Shown: positions 39,601 through 47,703 of the stretch, one piece after another
Layout: each line of letters begins with the position of its first letter
Position numbering within the stretch: the stretch's first letter is position 1
Notes under the pieces: generated by a model
What the model saw: only the letters and a program-made list of their open reading frames with translations
Databases searched by the model: none
What the model was told of the DNA's origin: nothing
Position numbers and translations under genes: made by a program
Assembly (NCBI GenBank): GCA_963745655.1
Contig: CAVUYK010000007.1
Coordinates: 170,985-234,984, forward strand
DNA: 64,000 nucleotides
Reading direction: 5' to 3'
Origin: Terriglobales bacterium
Lineage (GTDB): Bacteria > Acidobacteriota > Terriglobia > Bryobacterales > Bryobacteraceae

Positions 39601-39705
39601 CGTCTGTTCCTGGCCATAGAGGTTGCGGTGCTGTTCCGAACAGAACTCGCTGTCCTTGAACTTCCTTAACAGTGAGATTCGATTTCCACAGTACAGACAC
39701 TGCAT
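36655..39705 (-). CDS. 1016-aa protein of unknown function: N-terminal zinc ribbon, long Pro/Ala-rich repeat region, single TM helix, C-terminal beta-jelly-roll-like domain
   Basis: MQCLYCGNRISLLRKFKDSEFCSEQHRNLY provides CxxC...CxxxH. Two tandem 93-aa repeats. A TM helix at LKGLMAGIVLLSVLTAIG. A C-terminal ~200 aa (YQFEFLGQIARRGMGWVFRAVDTRNYYAMKIVF...GGVGFFSDKGEQAKIRWIEVT) resembles ConA/LamG/DUF1080-type folds. Confidence 0.65.
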   Translation of the reverse strand: MQCLYCGNRISLLRKFKDSEFCSEQHRNLYGQEQTDLALARLTETGNRINQPRRPAEPVEVFEDKQVAATPEEEFNLPALLGFIPEPLAGPQLAPLHRSGIGTEWLSVIAMPPLVGASKAKVTWEPRGYCRPALASRSGAEIPLAGGRVPQAEFKRIKPQLPVTDLALDLDEQVSQEAPEHYAVAPPVPIPMPSPARPEEMSPLSPEAAIFEAWPPALVSNLKLLPVQPSTAGLGVLQLCAASPHAEWTAPRMWYAVPRVSVETLTDGPFQPSGATRILSEPGWGDQVSSLAAYLPQPLSARSSDARAPEAGGAVAGTPPRRLPASVCLPGAKLRLALCQTPKPGAAARTTSVLAAGVAFAASAQDAVRWPALLAPSIAMGMPPAAYIPQPLAACSSDARSPKAADAFAGTPLRLLPASAGLPDAELRLQLCRLPKPGAAAGTNSVLATGMALATSTQDPIHLPGFLGPAIAVGMARLSGCVSMPLAAAGPLDISTEAAGEIPLAVTHRWPKLAWSAATPRLRAEAALSTLEIATHSLPPRTVAGADQVEPLASLAQGAQDVAAATWLPTAHLPGPRLSRAESLVRLAEPLWTAGAQATLAAPLPEVHTFIPSRRRPELKARIALPSVGRFVRCRGMATSVNLQRLGAHLASVEDPRLTASGAVRSMDWIPFPSPAMPSPNAILGLRILTVTPASVRPLVRLFSIDLTNLTSAVPPAKPIGVNAPHTVCRPPRLPSMGSAQDGIQTHERTSKLLRAMMERLEGGTTRWAFTRLWRRAPLPLKGLMAGIVLLSVLTAIGSQSSGIQLSGLREDIRSRAAVDLVDDFRAGMGAWGGAENWAETWSYDDAGFAQTGDLALYRPSMRLNDYQFEFLGQIARRGMGWVFRAVDTRNYYAMKIVFAKSGPMPAGIIVRYAVIDGKPGPKTQLPLPMGARPDTMYRIRVDADGSYFTAKFQDQIVDVWSDSRLAAGGVGFFSDKGEQAKIRWIEVTHQSDFLGKLCAYLVPFDTRSANRSMTQ
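38275..38832 (-). repeat. Intragenic tandem duplication, 2 x 279 bp (2 x 93 aa)
   Basis: Unit 1 is AAYLPQPLSARSSDARAPEAGGAVAGTPPRRLPASVCLPGAKLRLALCQTPKPGAAARTTSVLAAG...IAMGMPP. Unit 2 is AAYIPQPLAACSSDARSPKAADAFAGTPLRLLPASAGLPDAELRLQLCRLPKPGAAAGTNSVLATG...IAVGMARL. The DNA anchors GGCTGTGG(T/C)A(T/G)GTAAGC recur ~280 nt apart (38531 and 38811). Confidence 0.8.
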
Positions 39706-39933
39706 GCCGCACCCGAAACGATAGCCGTCGTCTCGCCTCGATTCTATGGTATGGAATTGCGGCCTCCGCTACCAGACTGTAAATCCCCTATAACCCAGGG
39801 TTCTAAGTAGGGCACCTGACGGAAAACCTGAGAGTATCTACTTAGATGGACGCGGTCACAAGCCGGTCGGGTTGCCGGCCTGCGGTGGCCGCCACACTGC
39901 CAGGCCACCGCCGTGGCCGCTTATGGCGGCGCG

Positions 39934-41286
39934 CTACCAGGTTACGGCCACCACATCGTCGTCGATGGTGAAATCCTCCCGGGCGGGGCGCAGCAGAATG
40001 CCGTCGTCTTCCTTGCTCCACGCCACGGCCTTCCCGGTGCGCAGCAGCACGGCCGACTTCGGCGCGCCCACGCCTTTCAACCTCGCCGCCTTACGCCGGT
40101 ATTCGACGAAGTGTACGAACCAGGTGTTGCCTTTCACCGTGACGGGACAAGTGCAACGATCCGGGTATGGTCCCGGTTCAATGTCGTAGATCGAGACAGC
40201 GCTGTGTTTCATCCAGGCCGCCATCTCGTCGCAGATGCTGTAGTAGGCCGGCGGCATGGTTCCGTCGGAGCGCGGGCCGAAGTTGGGAAGGTAGTTCCCG
40301 CCCCAAGTGCGATTCCGCACCAGCCTCTCTATCAGATAGGGAGCCGGCTGGCATAACGCCTTCACACCGCTATAGGCCCATCCCCCGCAGATGGGCGAGC
40401 ATTGCTCCCAAGCTCCCTCGGGCCGCTTGGCGGGATCTTTGGCTTCGTAGTCGGTGTTGTAGTCGCCCAGCGCTCGTGAGCCCCGGGTGGGCACGTAGCG
40501 GTCGTTCACCACGATCTCCGGTTGGAGTTTGCGAACGTGATCATCCAGTTCCTGCCCGCGGAAGTCGAAGCCCGCCGGCCAATCCAAACCGTCCCACCAC
40601 AGCAAGTCGATCTGGCCGTAGTTGGTCATCAGTTCGGTGATCTGTCCTTTCATGTGTTCGTAGAAGATGGGGAAGTACTTGTCGAACTCGTTCTGCTTCA
40701 TCTCCACGAATCGGGGCAAGCCCGCCGATCTTGGAGGATCGGTGTAAAGAAACTTCGGGTCCAGGCGCGGCCAGCCGCGGTAGGGCCATCCCTTGGGATT
40801 GAAATTCCAGTCCGTCGGCGAGTAGTAGAAACCGGCCTTCAGCCCGTGCTTGCGGCAGGCCTCCACGAACGGCCGGACCAGGTCCCGGCCATGCATTTTA
40901 TTCTTGGTGCCAAAGTCGCCGTAATTGCTCGGCCACATGGTGTATCCGTCGTGATGGCGCGTGACGAAGGCGGTGTAATTGAAGCCGGCGCGCGCGGCGG
41001 CTTCCAACCATCGGTCGGGATCGTAGTTCTTCGGATCGAACTGGTCTGCCAGGGCGTTGTACTTCTCCGGCGGCCAGTACAGGTTCGGAGCGTTCGAATT
41101 CTTGTACATGCTCCAACTGACTTCGATTTCCGCCACGCTCGACGGCCCCCAATGCACGAACAGGCCCAGGGCCGCTTTGTAAAACCACGAACTGAGCGCA
41201 CGTGTGCGTGGCGGCGAAGCCACGGCCCCCATGGTGCCCGAGAGGCTCACCGCGGCGAGCGACTGTATGAAGCTGCGTCTGTGCAT
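39934..41286 (-). CDS. Alpha-L-fucosidase (GH29), exported
   Basis: 450 aa. MHRRSFIQSLAAVSLSG leader. GLFVHWGPSSV, HHDGYTMWPS, IDLLWWDG are GH29 signatures. Confidence 0.85.
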   Translation of the reverse strand: MHRRSFIQSLAAVSLSGTMGAVASPPRTRALSSWFYKAALGLFVHWGPSSVAEIEVSWSMYKNSNAPNLYWPPEKYNALADQFDPKNYDPDRWLEAAARAGFNYTAFVTRHHDGYTMWPSNYGDFGTKNKMHGRDLVRPFVEACRKHGLKAGFYYSPTDWNFNPKGWPYRGWPRLDPKFLYTDPPRSAGLPRFVEMKQNEFDKYFPIFYEHMKGQITELMTNYGQIDLLWWDGLDWPAGFDFRGQELDDHVRKLQPEIVVNDRYVPTRGSRALGDYNTDYEAKDPAKRPEGAWEQCSPICGGWAYSGVKALCQPAPYLIERLVRNRTWGGNYLPNFGPRSDGTMPPAYYSICDEMAAWMKHSAVSIYDIEPGPYPDRCTCPVTVKGNTWFVHFVEYRRKAARLKGVGAPKSAVLLRTGKAVAWSKEDDGILLRPAREDFTIDDDVVAVTW

Positions 41287-41296
41287 GTATTCTCCA

Positions 41297-43933
41297 CTAT
41301 GGCTCTGGTTGTCCCGGATAACCCTTCAAGTCCAACCGTCGGCGATAGGCGTCTAACTTTTCGGGCGGGATCAAGGCGTCCCAGGCCCGGATGGCCGGCG
41401 TGGCGGCCACGCTCTTGGAGACGGAGAAGCGCAGCGTCACGATTTGCTGCGGCTTCACGCTCACGCGGTACTTGCCGGCGTTACCGCGCAGCGCCTGCGC
41501 TTGCTCGCCCATCAAGTTTGTCCGGCGGGCGATGGTGTGCGGCAGCCCCAGCGATATGTCGGCCTCACCCGCCACTCCGTTCGATTCCGCCAGGCGTATC
41601 TCGATATCCTGGCCAACTCTCCGCATGGCTTCCACAATGACGTTCGAGGAAGTTGTGAGGAACCTCGTTTCGCCCTCGACCACCCGGCCCGCCTGCGCGA
41701 AGACGGGGGAGTTGAACTCCCAGGCGTGCCGCGCGATGCGCGCCTGCTGCCAGGTGCCGGCGTGGGGCCAGATGGCGTAGGAGAACCTGCGCACTCCCTG
41801 TCCGGCCAGCACTTGGTTGGGAAGACCGCGATAACTGCTCTGCGCGTTGACCAGGGCCAGCGTGATAGTGTGGCCCTCGAACTCATGACAAGTGAGGCCG
41901 CGATCGAGCAGCGCCAACCCGCCGCCTTCGGCGAACGCGTAATCCGACCAGCGTACGCTGGGCGCCAGTGCATCGGAAAAACCGTACAGCTTTTGATCGG
42001 CGGCCAGGAAGTAATCCAGCGGCCGCGCGACATGGCGCGGGTCCACCGAGCTGAAACCGTACGGGATGCCGCGCGTGCGCTCCACCACTTCTCCCGCGAG
42101 CGGGAAATCCGCCGTCACCAGGGTGTCGGGAGAGTGCAGATCGACGGTGGTGTCGAAATCGATGCGCGGATAGTCGTTGTAAAGCGTGATGCGGCGCTCG
42201 ATGGTGGAGCCGCCGATGAAAGCCGAACTCGCCACCAGCGTGGTGGCCAGGGGGCCGCGCCACACCTGCCACTTCACCGTGTAGTTGGAACTGCTGTCCA
42301 CCAGTTTGCGCTTGGCGCGCTGCGCCATCCAGTTGGCGGGATCCTTCACGATGCCCGCCACGCTCTCGGCCTGAATGACGTTGGCCGGGCCGCCCAAGTA
42401 CTCTTTACCGCTCGCGCGGTCGCGCAGGCTGAGCATGGCTCCCGTGGCGCGATCGAATTTCACCGTATAGGCCTTGGTTTCCACCGTTTCTGCAAACGGC
42501 GCGGCGACGGCCGCGGGCGCGGCGCCGGACTCGAGCGGGACAGACACAACGCCGGTGGAAGGCTGGCGCACCGCGCACAGCGTGCGCTCGCCCAGCGCCT
42601 GGCAGCGCAAGCCCGCGGGCCGCGTGCCGGGCGGAGTGGTGATCTCGATGGGGTCGTCGCGATCCCAGTTGAGCGGATTGAACAAGGCCATGCCGCGGCC
42701 ATCATGCGTGAGCGCGCGCAATCCATCGCTCAGAATGGTCCCCGCGTGGCGGTCGACGTAGTCGAAACGATCCTGCACGTTCCAGTGCTTAGGACCGTAG
42801 AAGGGTGCCCCGGCGCCGGCTCCCCACAGCACGTTGCGATCCATGTTCATCAGCATCATGAGCCAGGCGTTGTAGAGCGTCTCCGACGGGTAGGTTGCGC
42901 CGGCCTGCAGGCTCCCCACCGTCGCCAGCATTTCCGAAGCCTGCAGCGCGTGTTCGGAGTGGCGATACGCGCGCTTGATCTCCGGCATGTTCATCCAGAA
43001 CGCGTTGTAGCTGTGGACGGTGTCGCCCATGTACTCGGTCAGCCGGGTGGTGCCTTGCCGCATCTCTTGCTTGAGCGCGTCCACGTAGGCGCCGGGAACA
43101 GTGAAGCGCAGGCGCACGTCGGCGTAACGCTGCTGCCACGTCTTGATCAACTCACTCGGATAAGTTGTGCGTTTCGGCGCCAGACTGTAGTCGCCGCCGC
43201 CCACGGGCACGAAGATGCTCGTCTGGCTGGGACTCATTTTGCGGTCCTCGATGAAGAAGTCGTACATGCGCTGCATCTCGAGGTCGGAGAGCGGTGCTTC
43301 GGTCTTGAAGAGGCGGCTGGTGGAGGAGTAGCCCCGGCCCAGGCAGACGGCCAGCGTGCGGCTGCCATCGGGCGAGCGCCACCAGAAAGCCGATTGCGGG
43401 GCGGGATTGTCGCGCGAGAAAAACAGCGCTTCCAGGCCCAGTCCGCTTACGATTTGCGGCATCTGACGATGCGTGCCGCACACGTCGATCATCCAACTGA
43501 AGCGCGGCCTTTTGCCGAAGACTTCGTCGTACCAGCGCAGGCCCAGCACGCCCATCCGCACCAGCGCTTCACCGCCCGAGAGACTGATGCTCGGTTCCAG
43601 GAAGAACCCGTTCACCAGTTCCAGGCGGCCTTCTTTCACCTGTTGCTGGAGCTGCGCCAGGCGGTCCGGCGTGAATTGCATCAGCACCATCAGGTTGGGG
43701 ACTTCCGAAAACGCCATGGCGTAGTTCGGGTCCGCCGCCACGCGGTCCATGTGGCTGAGGTAGTTGTTCACGACATGGCTGCGCTCGGTGTCGAAATCCA
43801 CCAGCCAGCCACTGACCGTGCCGTGCGTGTTGGGCGCCATATACACGGTCAATGGACGCGGTTCGGCGGCCCACGCCGCCAGAGCGCACAGGATACAGCC
43901 AGCCACGAGTTTGCGTATCATCTTTGTCACCAT
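41297..43933 (-). CDS. GH38-like alpha-mannosidase, exported
   Basis: Start MVTKMIRKLVAGCILCALAAWA (ATG 43931-43933) overlaps the upstream stop (ATGGTGA). N-terminal GH38-like core LTVYMAPNTHGTVSGWL...ELVNGFFLEPSISLSGGEALVRMGVLG...WMIDVCGTHRQMPQI. The upstream 158 aa of the ORF-track entry overlap the GH29 gene and are rejected. Confidence 0.65.
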   Translation of the reverse strand: MVTKMIRKLVAGCILCALAAWAAEPRPLTVYMAPNTHGTVSGWLVDFDTERSHVVNNYLSHMDRVAADPNYAMAFSEVPNLMVLMQFTPDRLAQLQQQVKEGRLELVNGFFLEPSISLSGGEALVRMGVLGLRWYDEVFGKRPRFSWMIDVCGTHRQMPQIVSGLGLEALFFSRDNPAPQSAFWWRSPDGSRTLAVCLGRGYSSTSRLFKTEAPLSDLEMQRMYDFFIEDRKMSPSQTSIFVPVGGGDYSLAPKRTTYPSELIKTWQQRYADVRLRFTVPGAYVDALKQEMRQGTTRLTEYMGDTVHSYNAFWMNMPEIKRAYRHSEHALQASEMLATVGSLQAGATYPSETLYNAWLMMLMNMDRNVLWGAGAGAPFYGPKHWNVQDRFDYVDRHAGTILSDGLRALTHDGRGMALFNPLNWDRDDPIEITTPPGTRPAGLRCQALGERTLCAVRQPSTGVVSVPLESGAAPAAVAAPFAETVETKAYTVKFDRATGAMLSLRDRASGKEYLGGPANVIQAESVAGIVKDPANWMAQRAKRKLVDSSSNYTVKWQVWRGPLATTLVASSAFIGGSTIERRITLYNDYPRIDFDTTVDLHSPDTLVTADFPLAGEVVERTRGIPYGFSSVDPRHVARPLDYFLAADQKLYGFSDALAPSVRWSDYAFAEGGGLALLDRGLTCHEFEGHTITLALVNAQSSYRGLPNQVLAGQGVRRFSYAIWPHAGTWQQARIARHAWEFNSPVFAQAGRVVEGETRFLTTSSNVIVEAMRRVGQDIEIRLAESNGVAGEADISLGLPHTIARRTNLMGEQAQALRGNAGKYRVSVKPQQIVTLRFSVSKSVAATPAIRAWDALIPPEKLDAYRRRLDLKGYPGQPEP

Positions 43934-45324
43934 GTCACTGCCACCACATCGTCGAGAGGAGTGAAGTCGGTCTGGGCGGGAATCAGTACCACGTTCTCGC
44001 CCTCCTTGGTCCAGGGAATGGCTTTGCCCGTGCGCAGCATGATGGCGGACTTCGGCGCTGCCACGCCTTGGAGCGTTGCGGAACGTTGATTGGCCGTCAG
44101 GAAGTGCACGAACCACGTGTTGCCTTTCACCGTAACGGGGGCGTCCGCGCGGTCCGGATACGGCCCCGCGTCGACGTCGTAGATCGAGACCGCGCTGTGC
44201 TTCATCCAGGCCGCCATTTCGCCGCAAATCGAATAGTAGGCCGGCGGCATGCTGCCATCGGGGAGCGGGCCAAAGTCCGGCAGATAATTGCCGCCCCAGG
44301 CGCGGTCGCGCGCCAACCGCTCGATCAAATGCGAGCCCGGCTTGCAGACCGCCTTGGGGCCGCGATAGCTCCAGCCCAAACAAATCTGCTCGCACTGCTC
44401 CCAATCGCCCGGTGGCCGATGCGCCGGATCCTTGGCTTCAAGATCCGTATTGTAGTCGCCCAGCGTTTTCGTGCCGCGCCAGGTGACATAACGGTCGTTC
44501 TGCACGATCTTGGGCTGCAGCTTACGGACGTAGTCTTCCATCTCACGGCCGTGAATGTCGACGTCGTCGCGCCAGTCGTAGCCGTCCCACCACAGCAAGT
44601 CAATCTGGCCGTAGTTGGTGAGCAGTTCCCTGACCTGCCCTTTCACGTGAGCGTAGAATTGCTCGAAGTAATTCTTCTGAAGTTCCGCGAGAGGCATGTC
44701 CACCCACTTCTGCAGGCCGTGCCGGGTGGGGAAGGTGTAGAGGAAGTTTGGATCGCGCCGCGGAAAACTCTTGTGGGGCCATCCTTTCGGGCAATAATTC
44801 CAATCCGCCGGGCAATAGTAGAAACCGACCTTCAAACCGTGTTTGCGGCAAGCGTCCACATACGGTCGCACCAGGTCGCGGCCGTTCATTTTCTGTTTGA
44901 CGCCGAAGTCTCCATGGTTGCTCGGCCACAGCGTGTAGCCGTCGCAGTGTTTCACGGTGAGCACCGAATAGCGGAAGCCTGCGCGTGCCGCCGCTTCCAG
45001 CCACTTGTCGGGATCGTAATTTTGCGGATTGAACCGGTCGGCGAGCGCGTTGTACTTCTCCGGAGGCCAATAGATGTTGGGTGGGTTCATGCTCTTGTAC
45101 ATGCCCCAGCCAATTTCAACTTCTCCCACACTGCACGGCCCCCAATGGATGAACAAGCCCAGCGCGGCTTTGTGGAACCACGGCTGGATGTTTCCCTTGC
45201 GGACGGCGCCGGGCCGCTTATAGGGGTTCTGGGCGAACACTGGACCACTGGCTCCGGCCACAAGGCTCTGGAGCAGTCGTCGGCGATGCATGGTGGTGGT
45301 CATGAAAGAATCTCGACTCTTCAC
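43927..45324 (-). CDS. Alpha-L-fucosidase (GH29), second paralog, exported
   Basis: 465 aa. MHRRRLLQSLVAGASG leader. GLFIHWGPCSV, HCDGYTLWPS, IDLLWWDG. By eye it is roughly two-thirds identical to the 39934-41286 protein, including the same C-terminus DDVVAVTW. Confidence 0.85.
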   Translation of the reverse strand: MKSRDSFMTTTMHRRRLLQSLVAGASGPVFAQNPYKRPGAVRKGNIQPWFHKAALGLFIHWGPCSVGEVEIGWGMYKSMNPPNIYWPPEKYNALADRFNPQNYDPDKWLEAAARAGFRYSVLTVKHCDGYTLWPSNHGDFGVKQKMNGRDLVRPYVDACRKHGLKVGFYYCPADWNYCPKGWPHKSFPRRDPNFLYTFPTRHGLQKWVDMPLAELQKNYFEQFYAHVKGQVRELLTNYGQIDLLWWDGYDWRDDVDIHGREMEDYVRKLQPKIVQNDRYVTWRGTKTLGDYNTDLEAKDPAHRPPGDWEQCEQICLGWSYRGPKAVCKPGSHLIERLARDRAWGGNYLPDFGPLPDGSMPPAYYSICGEMAAWMKHSAVSIYDVDAGPYPDRADAPVTVKGNTWFVHFLTANQRSATLQGVAAPKSAIMLRTGKAIPWTKEGENVVLIPAQTDFTPLDDVVAVTW

Positions 45325-45335
45325 GCGTCGGACAT

Positions 45336-46385
45336 TTATTCACTTACAGAACTTTTTATCAGCGAGGGACGCCGGCTGGATTCCCGCTCCACCAAGTTGA
45401 GTGGAATGAAAACATCGGCCGCGCGAAGCGACCCGCCGGACTCGATCAGTTGCAGCAGTATCTCGGCCGCTTTCGCGCCCATGGCCGCCGGGCTTTGATC
45501 CACCGTGGTAAGAGGCACGCGCAACAGATCGCTGAAGTGCACGTTTCCCGCGCCGACGATGGCTACATCTTCGGGTACGCGCAACCCGGCATCCAGCGCG
45601 GCTTTAGTGGCGTTGGCCGCGATCAGATCGTTGAAACAGAAGACCCCGTCCGGCCTCGGCCGGACGGAGAGAAGCTGTCGCATGGCCTGATAGGCGGCCG
45701 TGTCCACGGTCTCCGTGCCGGCTCTGGCTGTATCGACAATCATGCGAGGAACCGCTTTGACATCGTTCGCTTCCAAAGCCTGGAGATACCCTTCCAGGCG
45801 TCCGGGCCCGGTCGCGATGCTCAGGCAACTGATGTGCGCCACGTACCGGCACCCCACTTTTAGCAGGTGCTCCGTGGCCAACTTTCCCAAGCCCACGTTG
45901 TCGATCCCCACGTAATGCGCATTAACCGCTGGGTAGCGCCGATCCAACAAAACGAATGGCATCTCGCGCCGCTGGAGTTCTTCAAAAAGCGAGAGATCGG
46001 TCTGGGACTGAGCCGACGCCAACACCAGTCCATCGACCCGGCGCGCCAGCAGCATCTCTACCTGCTGCCTTTCGGCTGCGGGATTTTCCTCGGAGTAGGC
46101 CAGCAGCAGCGTATATTTCTTGGCTTGCGTCTGGCGGGCCACTCCATGCGCGATCTCCGCGAAAAAGGAGTGCATCAGTTCCGGAATCACCAAACCTATG
46201 GCTTTGCTGCGGCCCACGCTGAGGCCACGCGCCAGCAGATTCGGCTGGTAGTTCATTTCCCGCACGCAGTCGAGCACACGCTGGCGGGTCGCCTCGCTGA
46301 TGTCCTTGTGGCCCTTGAGGGCCTTGCAGACAGCGGCCGTGGAAATCCCCAGCCGGTCGGCCACATCTCTCAGACGAACTGGCAT
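45336..46385 (-). CDS. LacI-family transcriptional regulator
   Basis: MPVRLRDVADRLGISTAAVCKALKGHKDISEATRQRVLDCVREMNYQPNLLARGL is a canonical LacI HTH, followed by a periplasmic-binding-protein-like sugar-binding core. Confidence 0.85.
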   Translation of the reverse strand: MPVRLRDVADRLGISTAAVCKALKGHKDISEATRQRVLDCVREMNYQPNLLARGLSVGRSKAIGLVIPELMHSFFAEIAHGVARQTQAKKYTLLLAYSEENPAAERQQVEMLLARRVDGLVLASAQSQTDLSLFEELQRREMPFVLLDRRYPAVNAHYVGIDNVGLGKLATEHLLKVGCRYVAHISCLSIATGPGRLEGYLQALEANDVKAVPRMIVDTARAGTETVDTAAYQAMRQLLSVRPRPDGVFCFNDLIAANATKAALDAGLRVPEDVAIVGAGNVHFSDLLRVPLTTVDQSPAAMGAKAAEILLQLIESGGSLRAADVFIPLNLVERESSRRPSLIKSSVSE

Positions 46386-46512
46386 AACGGTCGAATGCGA
46401 GGGCGTAGAACTGACCCCCAGCGGGACGGGCAATCCTCGCCTTGCCGAGCATCCCGCTAGCCACTAAACCGATTAAGTTAAATCATTATATTCGTCCTAA
46501 ACGTTACCGTCA

Positions 46513-46538
46513 AGGATTTCTTCACAGGATTTCTTCAC
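46513..46538. repeat. Perfect 13-bp tandem direct repeat (AGGATTTCTTCAC x2) upstream of the LacI gene
   Basis: Read directly at 46513-46525 and 46526-46538, in the AT-richer intergenic region between the LacI start and the stop of the adaptor gene at 46615. Confidence 0.8.
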
Positions 46539-46614
46539 GTGTTGCGAGAGTTTGTCTTCACGGCGCGCGACCGTCCCCGCCGATGGGTGTGTGCGGGTAT
46601 TAGCGCCGCTAGTT

Positions 46615-47703
46615 TTACGGAGCCGGGGCCGCAGCCGTCGTCAACGCGGCGCCTTCGCGAATCTCGTCGGTCCCGTTTCGAACGACCACGTCGTCCTCGG
46701 CGAGATCGCCATAGACTTGCACTCGGGCGCCCTCGCGCGCGCCCATGCGCACGTCGATCCATTCGGCGCGTCCATTTTTCATGCGAATCACGAACACGCG
46801 TTCGGTGGTGCGGACCACGCTGGTGGCCGGGACCACCAAGGCCCGCTCGGTCGAGCGCACGGGCCAGTCCAGTTGAGGATACATGCCGGGGGCCAGCAAG
46901 CCCGATGCGTTGGCGACATCCAGTTCCACGGACATGGTGCGCGTCTTCGGATCCACCGAGCGGGCCATGCGAGCGACCCGGGCGTCGAACGTCCGCGCGG
47001 GAAGGGCGGATACCTGAAAGGGCACTTTCGTACCGGCACGGATGCCCTCGTAGTTGGCTTCCGGCACCGCCACCACCAGCCGCAGGCGCGCAACCTGCTC
47101 AAGCCGCAGAAGCGGACCCGCGTTGGGACCCGCGAGAGCTCCCGGATGGACCAGCCGCTCCGTGATGACGCCGGAGAAGGGCGCCGTGATGTTCAGGTAC
47201 TGCTGCATCTTCCGCACCGCCGTGAGCGAAGCCTGGGCGGCGAGAAACGAAGATTCGGCGGAGTTGAGCACGCCCCGGGCCGCCGAAGCCGTCTGTTCCG
47301 CGATGACCAGTTCGTTTCCGGATATGGCGCCGGGAGTGGCGGAGGCTTCCTTGAGACGATGGAAAGTGCTCTCCGCCGCCACCACCTTCGCTTGTGCCTC
47401 CGAAACGACCGATTGGGCGGCGCGCGCCTTGGCTTCGGCCTCGGCTACCTGGGCCTCCATTTCCGGGGCGCTGAGAGAGGCGAGTAGATCGCCCTGCCGC
47501 ACCAGGCTGCCACGATCGACCAGTATCTTCTCGACGAATCCTGGCACGCGGGCGTACAGGTCCACCCGTTGGAACGGCACTAACTCGCCGCTCAGCTTCA
47601 CGCTCCGGTTCAGCAGCCTGGATTCGACTTTGACCGCTGGTACCGTCTGCGCGGACAGGCAACCCGCGACTATGAGGGTAAAGAAAAGCCTATCTGGGTT
47701 CAT
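46615..47703 (-). CDS. RND efflux periplasmic adaptor (membrane fusion protein), second system
   Basis: 362 aa. Signal/anchor [43 protein letters not shown] lipoyl-like motif. Overlaps the upstream pump stop by 14 nt. Confidence 0.85.
   Translation of the reverse strand: MNPDRLFFTLIVAGCLSAQTVPAVKVESRLLNRSVKLSGELVPFQRVDLYARVPGFVEKILVDRGSLVRQGDLLASLSAPEMEAQVAEAEAKARAAQSVVSEAQAKVVAAESTFHRLKEASATPGAISGNELVIAEQTASAARGVLNSAESSFLAAQASLTAVRKMQQYLNITAPFSGVITERLVHPGALAGPNAGPLLRLEQVARLRLVVAVPEANYEGIRAGTKVPFQVSALPARTFDARVARMARSVDPKTRTMSVELDVANASGLLAPGMYPQLDWPVRSTERALVVPATSVVRTTERVFVIRMKNGRAEWIDVRMGAREGARVQVYGDLAEDDVVVRNGTDEIREGAALTTAAAPAP

Noticed and set aside
46464-46490. Candidate LacI operator (GATTAAGTTAAATC) upstream of the LacI gene
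   Set aside because: Only 5 of 7 half-site pairs are complementary, and it bears little resemblance to the TGNAANCGNTTNCA-type consensus. It is too weak to call.
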